In this document: positions 27,025 to 39,410 of the stretch, in pieces
Layout: the number at the start of each line of letters is the position of its first letter
Position numbering within the stretch: the first letter of the stretch is position 1
Source of the DNA: Candidatus Micrarchaeota archaeon
GTDB lineage: Archaea; Micrarchaeota; Micrarchaeia; Anstonellales; Bilamarchaeaceae
NCBI GenBank assembly: GCA_043821365.1
Contig: JBDRCX010000006.1
Span: 128,001 to 192,000 of the forward strand
Direction: 5' to 3'
Length of the DNA: 64,000 nt
Notes under the pieces: model-generated
What the model saw: only the letters and a program-made list of their open reading frames with translations
Database searches by the model: none
Told to the model about the DNA's origin: nothing
Program-made: the position numbers and the translations under genes

Positions 27025-29283
27025 ATGCGCAGACTGATGGTACTAGTACTACTGTTTTTCCTAGGATTTGGGTGTCTTGAAGAACATAACTTCCCAAGTG
27101 ACAAAGCTGAACAATTGATTTCCCTGCATGCAGTTGATTTAGATAGCGATGGCAATGTTGATTATTCTGTTTATGATTATTCTCCATTCTCAATCAACGG
27201 AATGGTAGTGGAAAGGCAAGTAACTGTTTCTGTTAGGACAAGTGCAAGTTATGTTTCTTATAATCCTGCATTAACCGACGTCAGTTTACTACAAGCAGAT
27301 CAAAGTTTAGAAGAATTTACCAAATCAAGAAGCCAGGCAGATCTTGAATGCGGAAATAACTTAGGTGTAAGTAATGTTGTCTGTTCTAACACACCCACAT
27401 GTAAAGAACTTTGTTCTGCCGCATCATTAAAATGTAAAAAAATCGCAGCTTATTATGAAGAACCTTTAGCAGATTCCATATTATCTTATATTAAGGATAA
27501 TAATGACCTGAGAACTCTGATTATGAGTACACGGAAAAATGTACTTACATTGAGAGTGGCAAGCGATGAGGATAGGAACGAATTTTTACAGGATACGAGA
27601 GAGATTGTTGCGAGGATAGCAGACATAAATGCAAATCCAGTTTATACTAATGAGAATTTTGATCTTTGTAGTTATTCTGATTTTGGTGTATTGTATGTGC
27701 TTGAAGCAGCAAAACAAATAGGAGATTATGAAACACAAAATGAAGAATACACCTATCGAGTTATCATATCAATAAAACCAACAGAAAACAATGAGGATGA
27801 CCTTACACTTGGAGGTGTGGGCATAGTTGACAATATCCCCACAAGCGTCATCCTCAATCAAGAGAACATATCTTCAAGACAAAGTATAGTTACAAACGTA
27901 GAAGGAAATAACGTTGTCATACACTGGGATTCAAGCAAAAGTTCACAGGAGGGGTATGTTGTACTTTATAGTTTTATTTCAACTGCACCACCAGAAACTG
28001 CACTTGCTAGTTTGAAAGTACCAGAGGTAAAAACGAAAAAAATCAGTTTGATTATACTTGCTCCAACAAATGCAGCATTATTGAGTTTGGCAGGTCTTTT
28101 GGGTAATTATTATGTTTCATATGGTTTAGCAACAGGCTTCACACTTTCTGCATTATTTTTCCTATACACAATAACTGTACTGATACTAACCACATTAAAT
28201 GAAAAAGCAGGGGGAGCCACTTTCCTTACTGGATTTAGAAAAGCATTTGGAAGAACAGACATAAGATGGAAAACAGACGTGGTTATTGCATTTATACTGT
28301 TGGCAGCTGGATATTATATAGCAGCTGTTATGACAACACCACCTCAAACAATATATGGCATCCTAGAATCAATAGATTTCTTACTTAGAAACGATATGGG
28401 GATGATAAGCATCACATTGATTTTCATGGGAGTTGTGATGACTTATATGGCAATTGAAAACTTCATAAAAATAATAATACTTGAACGTGCCTATGGTATG
28501 GTCATACGACAAGAAAAAGACCTTTATCTTGCTAAAACAGCAACATTAAAAGATAAGATAAAGGAGCTTGGAAAACTTATAGATGACGACATAAAAGAAG
28601 ATTTCGATGTAAGTAAGGAATATGATGTTTATTCTTCAGTGAAAGTTGAAAGGGTAGATGAATTAGCAAAAGATTCCAATGCACGTAACAGAGCACTTAT
28701 AGAAGAACAACTTGTGCATGTTGAAAATGCCATAGGAAGCTTAAAGGAGAGAAAGAAAATAGCTGATGACAACTGGGTAAAATGGAAGGAGAATATTGCA
28801 AAATTGCTTGATGAACATGGAGAAGTATATGCTGCATCATTAGTAACTGTCCCGGCATCATTAAGGCCATGGGCACTTAGTAAGTATGTAAAAGAATCTG
28901 CTGCAGAAGGAGTATTCTTTGAGAGAGATGCATTGAAAAAACGCCACCTAACCCCAGGCCAACTTGCAGAAGAGATGGTGGAAAAGGGATTATTGAATGG
29001 AGCAGTTGTTCTGAAACAAGGGAAAGTGATTGTTTCGGAATTTGCCAAACAAAACGCAACAGTACAAACAGCACTTACGATAAAATTAATGACCTACCTA
29101 GGTTCATTAGCCAAAAACCTGGGGCAGCATGAACAACAGAGTTTTGTTTCCATAGGTGAAAAAGAAGTTATTGTGATGATGAAATATAATAACAATGATG
29201 CGATTCTTTTCATGAGTAAAGACAAATTCAAAGATGCTGTAGAACATTGGAAAGCAAAAACAAAGATAATTGAGAATAGCTAG
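27025..29283 (+). CDS. Multi-domain membrane protein: Cys-rich ectodomain, about 4 TMs, coiled coil, C-terminal Roadblock-like domain
   Basis: Lipobox-like LGFG-C, DLDSDG loop, six-Cys cluster, TMs, C-terminal alpha-beta-beta-alpha-beta-beta-beta-alpha pattern. Confidence 0.75.
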   Translation: MRRLMVLVLLFFLGFGCLEEHNFPSDKAEQLISLHAVDLDSDGNVDYSVYDYSPFSINGMVVERQVTVSVRTSASYVSYNPALTDVSLLQADQSLEEFTKSRSQADLECGNNLGVSNVVCSNTPTCKELCSAASLKCKKIAAYYEEPLADSILSYIKDNNDLRTLIMSTRKNVLTLRVASDEDRNEFLQDTREIVARIADINANPVYTNENFDLCSYSDFGVLYVLEAAKQIGDYETQNEEYTYRVIISIKPTENNEDDLTLGGVGIVDNIPTSVILNQENISSRQSIVTNVEGNNVVIHWDSSKSSQEGYVVLYSFISTAPPETALASLKVPEVKTKKISLIILAPTNAALLSLAGLLGNYYVSYGLATGFTLSALFFLYTITVLILTTLNEKAGGATFLTGFRKAFGRTDIRWKTDVVIAFILLAAGYYIAAVMTTPPQTIYGILESIDFLLRNDMGMISITLIFMGVVMTYMAIENFIKIIILERAYGMVIRQEKDLYLAKTATLKDKIKELGKLIDDDIKEDFDVSKEYDVYSSVKVERVDELAKDSNARNRALIEEQLVHVENAIGSLKERKKIADDNWVKWKENIAKLLDEHGEVYAASLVTVPASLRPWALSKYVKESAAEGVFFERDALKKRHLTPGQLAEEMVEKGLLNGAVVLKQGKVIVSEFAKQNATVQTALTIKLMTYLGSLAKNLGQHEQQSFVSIGEKEVIVMMKYNNNDAILFMSKDKFKDAVEHWKAKTKIIENS

Positions 29284-29366
29284 TTTTTTGCTATGGGAGA
29301 CATACCCACAATGAAATATTTTTAAACACCTGTCCATATTAGTCAGTACCAATACGGTGATTAGAT

Positions 29367-29978
29367 ATGAGTAGAGGCGGAGAAAGAAGAAATGATCCAT
29401 TAGTAACTAAAAGCAATCTAACTTGTGTTGAAGTAGGTGGATCTAGATATTTATGTATTTTTTCAGGACAAAAAGGAAGGAAACGGATTCTAGAAATAGC
29501 AAGAGTCATTAACCCCATGGGCGACAGAAACGGAGCAAATCTAGCTGCAAGAAAGTTGTGTGAAAAAGGTACAAAAGCATTTGTTGGACTTGACACTGAA
29601 GGGGGGGTTTATGTTGCAGAAGAACTTAACCTACGTAAAAGTGCAGATGTAGCTGAGACGATACTTGCAGAAAGAAATGGAAATGGTCAAAGAAGGGAAT
29701 TTACACAGCACCATGGTGCATATGGGTGTGGACCTGAGATGGTAGTTGACCATACCAATTGGGCAGAAGAAGTGGCATTGAGATATTTAGATATGCCACC
29801 AGACACTGTAAGAATTAATGCAGTAGACCAATTGCCAGGATTATGTGGTAGTGATAGAGCAAAAAGAGCAGCATTGGTTACTGCATTGCACACAGTTGCA
29901 GATTTGGTTGAACAAGGTCATGCCACAGTAATTAGATTGGTTGCCGGTGAATTGGAACAGGGAACCTTACATCTTTAA
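29367..29978 (+). CDS. Hypothetical protein
   Basis: 203-aa orphan ORF with a TTTAAA box upstream. Confidence 0.55.
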   Translation: MSRGGERRNDPLVTKSNLTCVEVGGSRYLCIFSGQKGRKRILEIARVINPMGDRNGANLAARKLCEKGTKAFVGLDTEGGVYVAEELNLRKSADVAETILAERNGNGQRREFTQHHGAYGCGPEMVVDHTNWAEEVALRYLDMPPDTVRINAVDQLPGLCGSDRAKRAALVTALHTVADLVEQGHATVIRLVAGELEQGTLHL

Positions 29979-30071
29979 TTTTTTCAATAAAATCCATCCC
30001 TTTTTAAAGGCTTTTTTGCAATAATTCTATAGTTAAAAATAGGCTTAGAAATCATATTCTCTACGACGTGA

Positions 30072-31988
<1,917 letters not shown>

Positions 31989-32018
31989 AATTGATGAAAT
32001 AATGGGAGCAAGATTTCA

Positions 32019-34445
32019 ATGACAGAAAATATTGTGGAAAGAACAATTGAATCAGACATGAAAGAGAGTTATCTTGATTACGCAATGTCAGTGATTATTG
32101 GCAGAGCAATACCAGATGCAAGAGACGGACTTAAGCCAGTTCATAGAAGAATATTATATGCCATGCATGAACTTGGTAATGTTTATGGAAAGGCATACAA
32201 AAAAAGTGCCCGTATAGTCGGTGAAGTTTTAGGTAAGTACCACCCACATGGAGATAGTGCTGTTTACGATTCATTAGTCAGAATGGCACAGAATTTTTCA
32301 CTTAGATATACTTTAGTTGATGGTCAGGGAAACTTTGGTTCTATAGATGGTGATAATGCAGCTGCCATGAGATATACAGAAGTTCGTATGTCAAAGATAG
32401 CTGCAGATCTTCTTATGGATATTGAAAAGGAAACTGTGAAATTTGGGGATAATTTCGATGGTACACTCAAAGAACCTCTTGTATTGCCTTCAAGAGTACC
32501 GAATCTTCTGGTAAATGGTTCATCTGGAATAGCAGTTGGAATGGCAACTAACATGCCACCACACAATCTTGGTGAAATAGTTGATGCAACAATAGCATTC
32601 GTAAACGGTAGTCAAGAAGATGATATAATAAAAATGATTCAAGGACCAGATTTTCCAACAGGGGGAATAATTGTTGGGAGATCAGGGATACTTAAGGCTT
32701 ACAAAACTGGTCGTGGATCCATCAAGATAAGGGCAAGAGTAGAAAAAGATCTTCAGAAGCACACTTTAGTAATAAAAGAGATACCCTACCAGGTCAGTAA
32801 AAGTATTTTGATAGAAACAATTGTAGATGCAGTAAGAGATAAGAAAATAGATGGAATAAGCGGGGTTCATGATAGATCAGATAAGGACGGTATGGAAGTC
32901 ATTATTGATCTGAAGAAAAGTGCAGACCCAGATATTGTATTAAACCAATTATATACTCACACCCAATTACAAGGATCTTTTGGGATTATAAATTTGGCAA
33001 TTGTCAACCAACAGCCAAAAGTAATGGGCATATATGAAATGATAAATGTATTCGTTGAATTCAGAAAAGAAGTCATCAGAAAAAGAAGTGAATTTGAGCT
33101 TAAGGAAGCACAAGCAAGGGCACATATACTTGAAGGTCTCAAAATAGCACTTGATAATATTGATCCTATTGTTGATTTTTTAAGAAAATCAAAGAATATG
33201 GAGGAAGCACGAACAGGACTTATGAACAACTACTCACTCAGTGAAATCCAGGCAAATGCCGTGCTGGATATGAAAATATCAAAATTGATTGCATTGGAAA
33301 GAGAAAAAATCGAAAATGAATACCTGGAGCTCAAGAAAAAGATTACCTGGCTTACTGATGTACTTGGAGATGTTCAAAAGATACTTGAGATCATCAAAAA
33401 TGAACTACAAGAAGTAAGAGACAGATATGCAGACGAAAGAAAAACAGAGGTCATAGAGGGTGAAGATGACTTGGATATTGAATCCCTTATTCCAAATGAT
33501 GATGTGGTTGTTGTCATAAGCAACAGAGGCTATGTAAAGAGAGTAGGACTTGATGAATATCGTGCACAGAATCGTGGTGGAAAGGGAGTAATAGGAACAG
33601 AGACAAAAGAAAAAGACTTTGTACAAGACGTAATAATAACCAAAAACCACAATTATTTGTTGTTATTTACTGATAAAGGAAGAATGTTCTGGCTGAAAAC
33701 ATATAGAGTGCCAGAAGGTAGCAGGTACGCTACAGGAAGGACACTAGTCAGTATACTTGATCTGAAGGAAGAGAAAGTAACTTCTTGGATTAGTGTTGAA
33801 AAATTCGACACTGGTGAGTATCTGTCTATGATAACCAGAAACGGAATCATCAAAAGAACCACACTTGAAAACTTCAGTAATGTTAGAAGAGGAGGTATAA
33901 TTGCCATAACACTCAAGGAAAAAGATAGTTTGGTAGAAGTATTGAAAACAGATGGTAAGCATGACCTTATCATTGCAACAAAGAAAGGCCAGGCAATAAG
34001 ATTCAAAGAAGAAGAAGCAAGAGAATTAGGAAGAACTGGCCAAGGGGTTATTGGTATAAGATTGAAAGAAGATAATGATGAAGTTGTGGGCATTGCAACA
34101 AGCATAAGACCAACTGTCCTTACAATAACTGAGAATGGTTTTGGAAAAAGAACCGCCATTGATGAATATAGAGTTCAAGGAAGAGGAGGAACTGGTGTCA
34201 TAAACATAAAAACCGAAGGAAGAAATGGTGATGTTATTGGCATAAGAACAGTTGAAGATGACGATGAGATAATCGTTATGAGCTCTAGGGGACAAACAAT
34301 CAGAACGCCAGTAAGTGGAATTTCAACCATTGGTAGGAACACACAGGGAGTTACCATAATAAGAATGGACGAAGGAGAAACGGTTGCAAGTTTTGCAGTT
34401 GTGAGAAAAAACGAAACAGAAGAAATTACTCCTGAACAGCCTTAA
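32019..34445 (+). CDS. gyrA: DNA gyrase subunit A
   Basis: [22 protein letters not shown] catalytic Tyr, GyrA-box QNRGGKG, C-terminal pinwheel repeats. Confidence 0.97.
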   Translation: MTENIVERTIESDMKESYLDYAMSVIIGRAIPDARDGLKPVHRRILYAMHELGNVYGKAYKKSARIVGEVLGKYHPHGDSAVYDSLVRMAQNFSLRYTLVDGQGNFGSIDGDNAAAMRYTEVRMSKIAADLLMDIEKETVKFGDNFDGTLKEPLVLPSRVPNLLVNGSSGIAVGMATNMPPHNLGEIVDATIAFVNGSQEDDIIKMIQGPDFPTGGIIVGRSGILKAYKTGRGSIKIRARVEKDLQKHTLVIKEIPYQVSKSILIETIVDAVRDKKIDGISGVHDRSDKDGMEVIIDLKKSADPDIVLNQLYTHTQLQGSFGIINLAIVNQQPKVMGIYEMINVFVEFRKEVIRKRSEFELKEAQARAHILEGLKIALDNIDPIVDFLRKSKNMEEARTGLMNNYSLSEIQANAVLDMKISKLIALEREKIENEYLELKKKITWLTDVLGDVQKILEIIKNELQEVRDRYADERKTEVIEGEDDLDIESLIPNDDVVVVISNRGYVKRVGLDEYRAQNRGGKGVIGTETKEKDFVQDVIITKNHNYLLLFTDKGRMFWLKTYRVPEGSRYATGRTLVSILDLKEEKVTSWISVEKFDTGEYLSMITRNGIIKRTTLENFSNVRRGGIIAITLKEKDSLVEVLKTDGKHDLIIATKKGQAIRFKEEEARELGRTGQGVIGIRLKEDNDEVVGIATSIRPTVLTITENGFGKRTAIDEYRVQGRGGTGVINIKTEGRNGDVIGIRTVEDDDEIIVMSSRGQTIRTPVSGISTIGRNTQGVTIIRMDEGETVASFAVVRKNETEEITPEQP

Positions 34446-34914
34446 GCAAAAACTTCAACAAATGTTTTTTTGTCCCTGGTTTTTTATTCCATTTTTTTAC
34501 TAATTTTTTATGTTCTTCTAATTCTTTTATAAGTTGATTCGAATCCATATCAGGACCATTGATTCTGAATAGAAGTTGGGATGTTAGAGGACAAAAACGT
34601 GTGTTTAGTTTGCCAACAACATTATAGGGATATCTACGGCAGGAAAGTGGAGTTGTTTTGTGAATCCTGCATTTGTGATTTTTTGTATTTAGAAAATAAC
34701 AGGGGTGAGACTTTAGTCCAAGAAGAAAATAGCCTTCTTTTGTATCAAAAACACAATCAGGATCATAGCTCAAAAGGCGTGGTTCAAGAAGTGTAACATA
34801 TGACTCTGGAGTTGTTTTTGTTTTTTTTATAATTCTTGCAAGATCGAATACAGAAATTGTAATGGTGTAGGTCCTACAACATTCGGATTTGCAGAATATA
34901 CACGGATTGACCAT
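34426..34914 (-). CDS. YkgJ-family Cys-cluster protein
   Basis: C..C.S.CC, PC.FL......C.IH...P..CR.YP. Confidence 0.85.
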   Translation of the reverse strand: MVNPCIFCKSECCRTYTITISVFDLARIIKKTKTTPESYVTLLEPRLLSYDPDCVFDTKEGYFLLGLKSHPCYFLNTKNHKCRIHKTTPLSCRRYPYNVVGKLNTRFCPLTSQLLFRINGPDMDSNQLIKELEEHKKLVKKWNKKPGTKKHLLKFLLKAVQE

Positions 34915-34966
34915 AAAGTTGTTTGAATACAGGATTTTAAAATAATGCTGATGATAAAAAACAGAG

Positions 34967-36157
34967 ATGACCAGTAAAGTAGAAGCATCTGAGATGTGGT
35001 TGATTGCTCGGCATCATTCAGAAGAACCCATAAGAATTGAGGCTGGTTTACGGGCAATAAAAGGACTTAATGAGGAAGAACTTATACAAGTTCTCTCTGA
35101 TAAGGGATTACCATTTCAAGTTAGACTTGCAGCAGCCAAACAAATTACATCTGATTTAGTAAACTATGAGGACCATAGAAAACTGGAATTGGTCGTAAAA
35201 ATAACAGAAAACCAGATGATTGCACAGATAGCAAGGAATGGATTGCGTGACCTTGCACTTATTGATGGTTATTTTCTTATGGAAGATGGATTTGGGGCTG
35301 GAGGAAAACTTGAGGAAGACCAGTTTGATAGTTTGGTAAGGTTATCACGAGTGGTATTAAATCATCCTGAAAAAGCATACAAAAATATTGCAACAAGATT
35401 ATTACTGGAATTTTGCAACGAAAGAAAAGGTTGTGAAACAGCAGAAACTGCTGAACTATTGATACAGATGGCAGAAGATGAGAGATTCTCTTTAGAATTA
35501 CGAAATGGTTTTGGTATTAGTGCCATGAGATATTACGTTGAAGAGGGCGGAAAAAATCAAATGCTCAAGTTACTTGGAGAAAACCAAAATGTTCCGGAAA
35601 GTGTCTGTGCTGAAGCAAATAATATACAAAATCATGAGAACGCAGATATGAACTACTTGAGAAATATTGATTTTATGCTTGATAATGAACAATTAAAACC
35701 AGAAGAAGCAGGTTTTATGTATATTGAATTCAGCAGAAGAGAGAGAACAACAGAAAAAGGAATAGCAGAGTCAATGAAGCGATTTAGGCACCTGAGACCG
35801 TGGGTTAGAGAAAAAGCAATGCGAGATTTTGAACAGGAGACAACTGCAATGGCGATAATAAATGAAAGTGTAGTAAGGCCAGATGAAGTATCTTCAATGA
35901 CAGACATTCTAATAGATTATGTCAGATGTTGTGTTGGTAGAAACAGAAACATAAGTAAATTCCTCAGAGCACTTGAGGATGGAAGAGTGCCAGAAGACCT
36001 AAGAGAAAAAGCAATTGATATTGCCAAAAGAACTGCCATAGCAGCTGCAGAAAGATATGGTTTGGGGATATTTGGTAGGCAGGAAGCACCGAGAACAAGG
36101 ATTAGAAGTGAAGGAAAAAGCATACTAAGAAGAATAAGACCAGTTGGTCATGCATAA
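34967..36157 (+). CDS. Hypothetical helical-repeat protein
   Basis: 396-aa helical ORF; no family recognised. Confidence 0.65.
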   Translation: MTSKVEASEMWLIARHHSEEPIRIEAGLRAIKGLNEEELIQVLSDKGLPFQVRLAAAKQITSDLVNYEDHRKLELVVKITENQMIAQIARNGLRDLALIDGYFLMEDGFGAGGKLEEDQFDSLVRLSRVVLNHPEKAYKNIATRLLLEFCNERKGCETAETAELLIQMAEDERFSLELRNGFGISAMRYYVEEGGKNQMLKLLGENQNVPESVCAEANNIQNHENADMNYLRNIDFMLDNEQLKPEEAGFMYIEFSRRERTTEKGIAESMKRFRHLRPWVREKAMRDFEQETTAMAIINESVVRPDEVSSMTDILIDYVRCCVGRNRNISKFLRALEDGRVPEDLREKAIDIAKRTAIAAAERYGLGIFGRQEAPRTRIRSEGKSILRRIRPVGHA

Positions 36158-37941
36158 CTAGAATCGTGTTTTCTTTTTTTGATTATGGGAGCAACTTCTG
36201 CAGCATCAACTTGCAAACGATATTTTTGCATAATTTGCTTTAGATCAAAGTCGTTGTCAGCAACAAGTTTTTCAAGAGCGTCTCCTGTAATTTTTTGGAA
36301 TCTGAACACTTTCAGCACTGCGTCTACCCTTGCTCCTTTTGCCATTCCTTTTAGGATCTCAGGTATTGCAGCTTTCACAAATGTTCCTTTGTTATATTCA
36401 GAAAAAAGTTCGCTGAGTGTTTTTTCAAGATCAGTAAATTCCACACCTTCACGCCTCAGAGAAATAATTGTATCTTCAATTGTAGTTGCAATAAGCATTG
36501 GATCAGTTCCATCTGATATTAACCTATCAAATAAGTGAAGATGTCTTGATTTTAATATTCTTTTTGCCATTTCTTTATTTAGGAGTTTACCCAAGCGTGT
36601 TTTCTTCTCCTCTAGTGATTCACTTTTTTCAACAGATTCTAGTATTGATTTATCTATTAGAATAGGAGGGATATCAGTTTCTGGATACAATCTTGCCCTT
36701 CCTGGGAGTGGCCTCATATAGGTCGAAGTACCATCTTGATTTGCTTTTCTTGTTTCTTTAGGTACGTAGTCCATATTTGCACGTTCAGTAGCATATTTAA
36801 GTGAAAGTTCTGCTTGAACTAGAGGTGCAACAACCAGAACAAATGCATCTTGATCTTCCATTTGTAAAAGTTTTCTGAGTTGTGTTTCCTCCTCTGTAGA
36901 GATGGAATATTTTTTCAGATCTTCGTCACTATGAATTAAACCTTTTACTCCAGCTTTTTTTGCATAATCACTTAATTCAGTACCATATCTTCTTCCTTTC
37001 TGTATTTCAGCACCCAATATACCCTTGTGTTTGGATAATTTTTGTGCTAAAACCACACTTCCGGATTTTAGACCTTGAGCGATGAGTTTAGCATTGGTTT
37101 TTTGAAAAATAGAACTGGCATCAACAACACCTAGCTTGATTGGAAGTGCATTAAGTCTGCGCAAATCCAGAAGAATTTTGATGAGATTGGTTTGTCGTTT
37201 AACTTCATTCTCAACATAACTAGAAAGCATCTTTAGATCCTGTGCTCCTTTGATTTCCACTCTTGCTCCGCCTTCAGTAGATATATTAACATCCTGTCTG
37301 ATGGTTCCTAGACCGCGGGCAACTTTCCCAGTTGTCCTAAGTATAAGGCCTATTTTTTCTGCAACTTCAACCAAATGTTCACCGTCTTTAATATCTGGTG
37401 TTGTATTTATCTCAATAAGTGGAATGCCAAGTCTATCAAGCCTATAAACTGCTTTTGAATCTGAACTTGAGACAATACCTGCACTTTCTTCCTCTAATGC
37501 AATCAAAGGGATACCAATTGTACCCTTGGAAGTATGAAGATGACCATTCATGGCAATAATTGTAGTGCGTTGGAAACCAGAGGTATTGCTGCCATCTATA
37601 ACCATTTTTCTCATTATGTGAATTTGGTTGAGTATAACAGCATTAAATTGAAGAGCAATTTGGAGGGTTGTTCTAAGTGCTTCTGGGTTTAGTGAATGTG
37701 GTGGTTCTTCATCAGTTTCAACAAGGCAATTATTAGATGAGAAAACTTGGTATTCGAAAATACGATCTTTTGCAGATTCAACTTGAGATGCTGCATCAAT
37801 CTCACCAAGTTCACTAAGAACAGGATGAAGCCTTCTGTGAATTGAAAGTAGTGGTTTCTCATCATCTGTCATTGATGATGAACAATTACAAAATAATTTT
37901 TTCGTATCAAGACGTTGATGAATTTCAAGACCGATTTTCAT
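36148..37941 (-). CDS. gatE: Glu-tRNA(Gln) amidotransferase subunit E
   Basis: KIGLEIHQRL, RKMVIDGSNTSGFQRT, LEEE, RLDRLGIPLIE, GLGTIRQD, RLYPETDIP. Confidence 0.97.
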   Translation of the reverse strand: MKIGLEIHQRLDTKKLFCNCSSSMTDDEKPLLSIHRRLHPVLSELGEIDAASQVESAKDRIFEYQVFSSNNCLVETDEEPPHSLNPEALRTTLQIALQFNAVILNQIHIMRKMVIDGSNTSGFQRTTIIAMNGHLHTSKGTIGIPLIALEEESAGIVSSSDSKAVYRLDRLGIPLIEINTTPDIKDGEHLVEVAEKIGLILRTTGKVARGLGTIRQDVNISTEGGARVEIKGAQDLKMLSSYVENEVKRQTNLIKILLDLRRLNALPIKLGVVDASSIFQKTNAKLIAQGLKSGSVVLAQKLSKHKGILGAEIQKGRRYGTELSDYAKKAGVKGLIHSDEDLKKYSISTEEETQLRKLLQMEDQDAFVLVVAPLVQAELSLKYATERANMDYVPKETRKANQDGTSTYMRPLPGRARLYPETDIPPILIDKSILESVEKSESLEEKKTRLGKLLNKEMAKRILKSRHLHLFDRLISDGTDPMLIATTIEDTIISLRREGVEFTDLEKTLSELFSEYNKGTFVKAAIPEILKGMAKGARVDAVLKVFRFQKITGDALEKLVADNDFDLKQIMQKYRLQVDAAEVAPIIKKRKHDSSYA

Positions 37942-37995
37942 ATAATATCACCTGGGGGCTTGAAAGATTTGAACGAATCGCCATTCAAACAGATT

Positions 37996-39312
37996 TCAAG
38001 ACCTATCTTCATAATACCCCTCAAGACTAGACCGTTCGCTTATTTCACCTGCAATGTTTGTGAGCATAAGTTTTTCAACTTCTTTCATGTCTTTTGTTTG
38101 ACCAAGTGCCCAGCAAAGTTTTGCATATGCTGTTTCTGGTGTCCAATCTGCTCCATCCCCAATAACACCAGCATCAATAAGCATTCTTCCAGTTGTATAA
38201 ACACGCATGCATATCCTTCCGGAAATACATTGTGAACTCATAACAACAGGAATACCAGAACTGACAAGCTCTTTTATTGGTTTGTAAACGCTTTCGACAG
38301 ATTTATCGTGGAATGCATTAGCAGCAACGTGCCCCAATCCAGTTCCCATTAGCACAACACCATCATAATCACTGAGTTTTCTGATAAATTCTGGTTTCAT
38401 ACCAGGATGAGAATAAACAAGTGCAACATTATGATTAAGTGATTTTTTTACTATCAGACCGTTTTTATTGCGTGGCATATACTCGGACAGTTTTTCAAAC
38501 TTGTTGGTTTTGTGGTCAACTTTAAAGAGAGGTGCAGAATCTATCGAACGGAATGCATCTCTTGATGATGTGTGCATTTTCCTAACCTTGTTACCACGAT
38601 GAAGATAGCAAAAATCATCATTAGTTGATGAATGCATACAAACAGTTACCTCACCCACATCTTGTGATGCAGAAAAAACAGAATTAAGCATATTCATCTC
38701 ATTTTCACTTGAAGGACGATCAGAACTTCTCTGAGATCCAACAAAAACAATAGGAACTGGTAGTTGTTGTAGCATAAAACTCATGGCAGCAGATGTATAG
38801 GTCATTGTATCAGTACCATGCATGACAACAATCCCTTCACTCCCATCTTTGATTTCAGCTTCAATAGTGTCTGCAAGATGTTTCCAATGTGATGTATTCA
38901 TATCTTCTGACAATAATGAAAATATCTGTTTTGAATGAATATTCCACTTATTAAGATTTGGGAAGATCATCCTCAAATCTTTTGCTGTTATTGAGGGAAA
39001 AACTGCACCAGTTTTATACTCTATTTTTGAAGCAATTGTTCCACCACAACCAAGTATGGCAATGCCTCCTTTTTTTTCTTCAACCAGATCATCCTGAGGC
39101 TTACGAGGCATTGATTTTGAAACAAGTTCAATTGAATTGGTTTTTATTCCAGTGTTATAACCACTGTCTAATTTCAGAACTACCACATGTGGATCTCCTG
39201 ATGATGGCATAATCAAACCTTCAAACACACCAGCATCAGAAATAAGCTTAACCCTATCTCCAATTGATATGTTTTTTGTCTTTAGTTCTTTTTCAATTGC
39301 GTGAGAATACAT
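37996..39312 (-). CDS. gatD: Glu-tRNA(Gln) amidotransferase subunit D
   Basis: KLDSGYN, GGTIAS, HGTDTM, GSQRSSDRPSS, RKMHTSSRDAF, GTGLGH. Confidence 0.97.
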   Translation of the reverse strand: MYSHAIEKELKTKNISIGDRVKLISDAGVFEGLIMPSSGDPHVVVLKLDSGYNTGIKTNSIELVSKSMPRKPQDDLVEEKKGGIAILGCGGTIASKIEYKTGAVFPSITAKDLRMIFPNLNKWNIHSKQIFSLLSEDMNTSHWKHLADTIEAEIKDGSEGIVVMHGTDTMTYTSAAMSFMLQQLPVPIVFVGSQRSSDRPSSENEMNMLNSVFSASQDVGEVTVCMHSSTNDDFCYLHRGNKVRKMHTSSRDAFRSIDSAPLFKVDHKTNKFEKLSEYMPRNKNGLIVKKSLNHNVALVYSHPGMKPEFIRKLSDYDGVVLMGTGLGHVAANAFHDKSVESVYKPIKELVSSGIPVVMSSQCISGRICMRVYTTGRMLIDAGVIGDGADWTPETAYAKLCWALGQTKDMKEVEKLMLTNIAGEISERSSLEGYYEDRS

Positions 39313-39410
39313 AACTACCCCTAATTAGATAGACTTAGATGATTATAATTATTAAGACCTATGGGGGCATGAACAGAGATAATTAAGGACAATCGCAATT
39401 CTGGCTGGAA

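Noticed and set aside
29367-29978. Possible carbonic anhydrase (HHGAYGCG)
   Set aside because: The upstream CxDxR motif is absent, so it is left as hypothetical.
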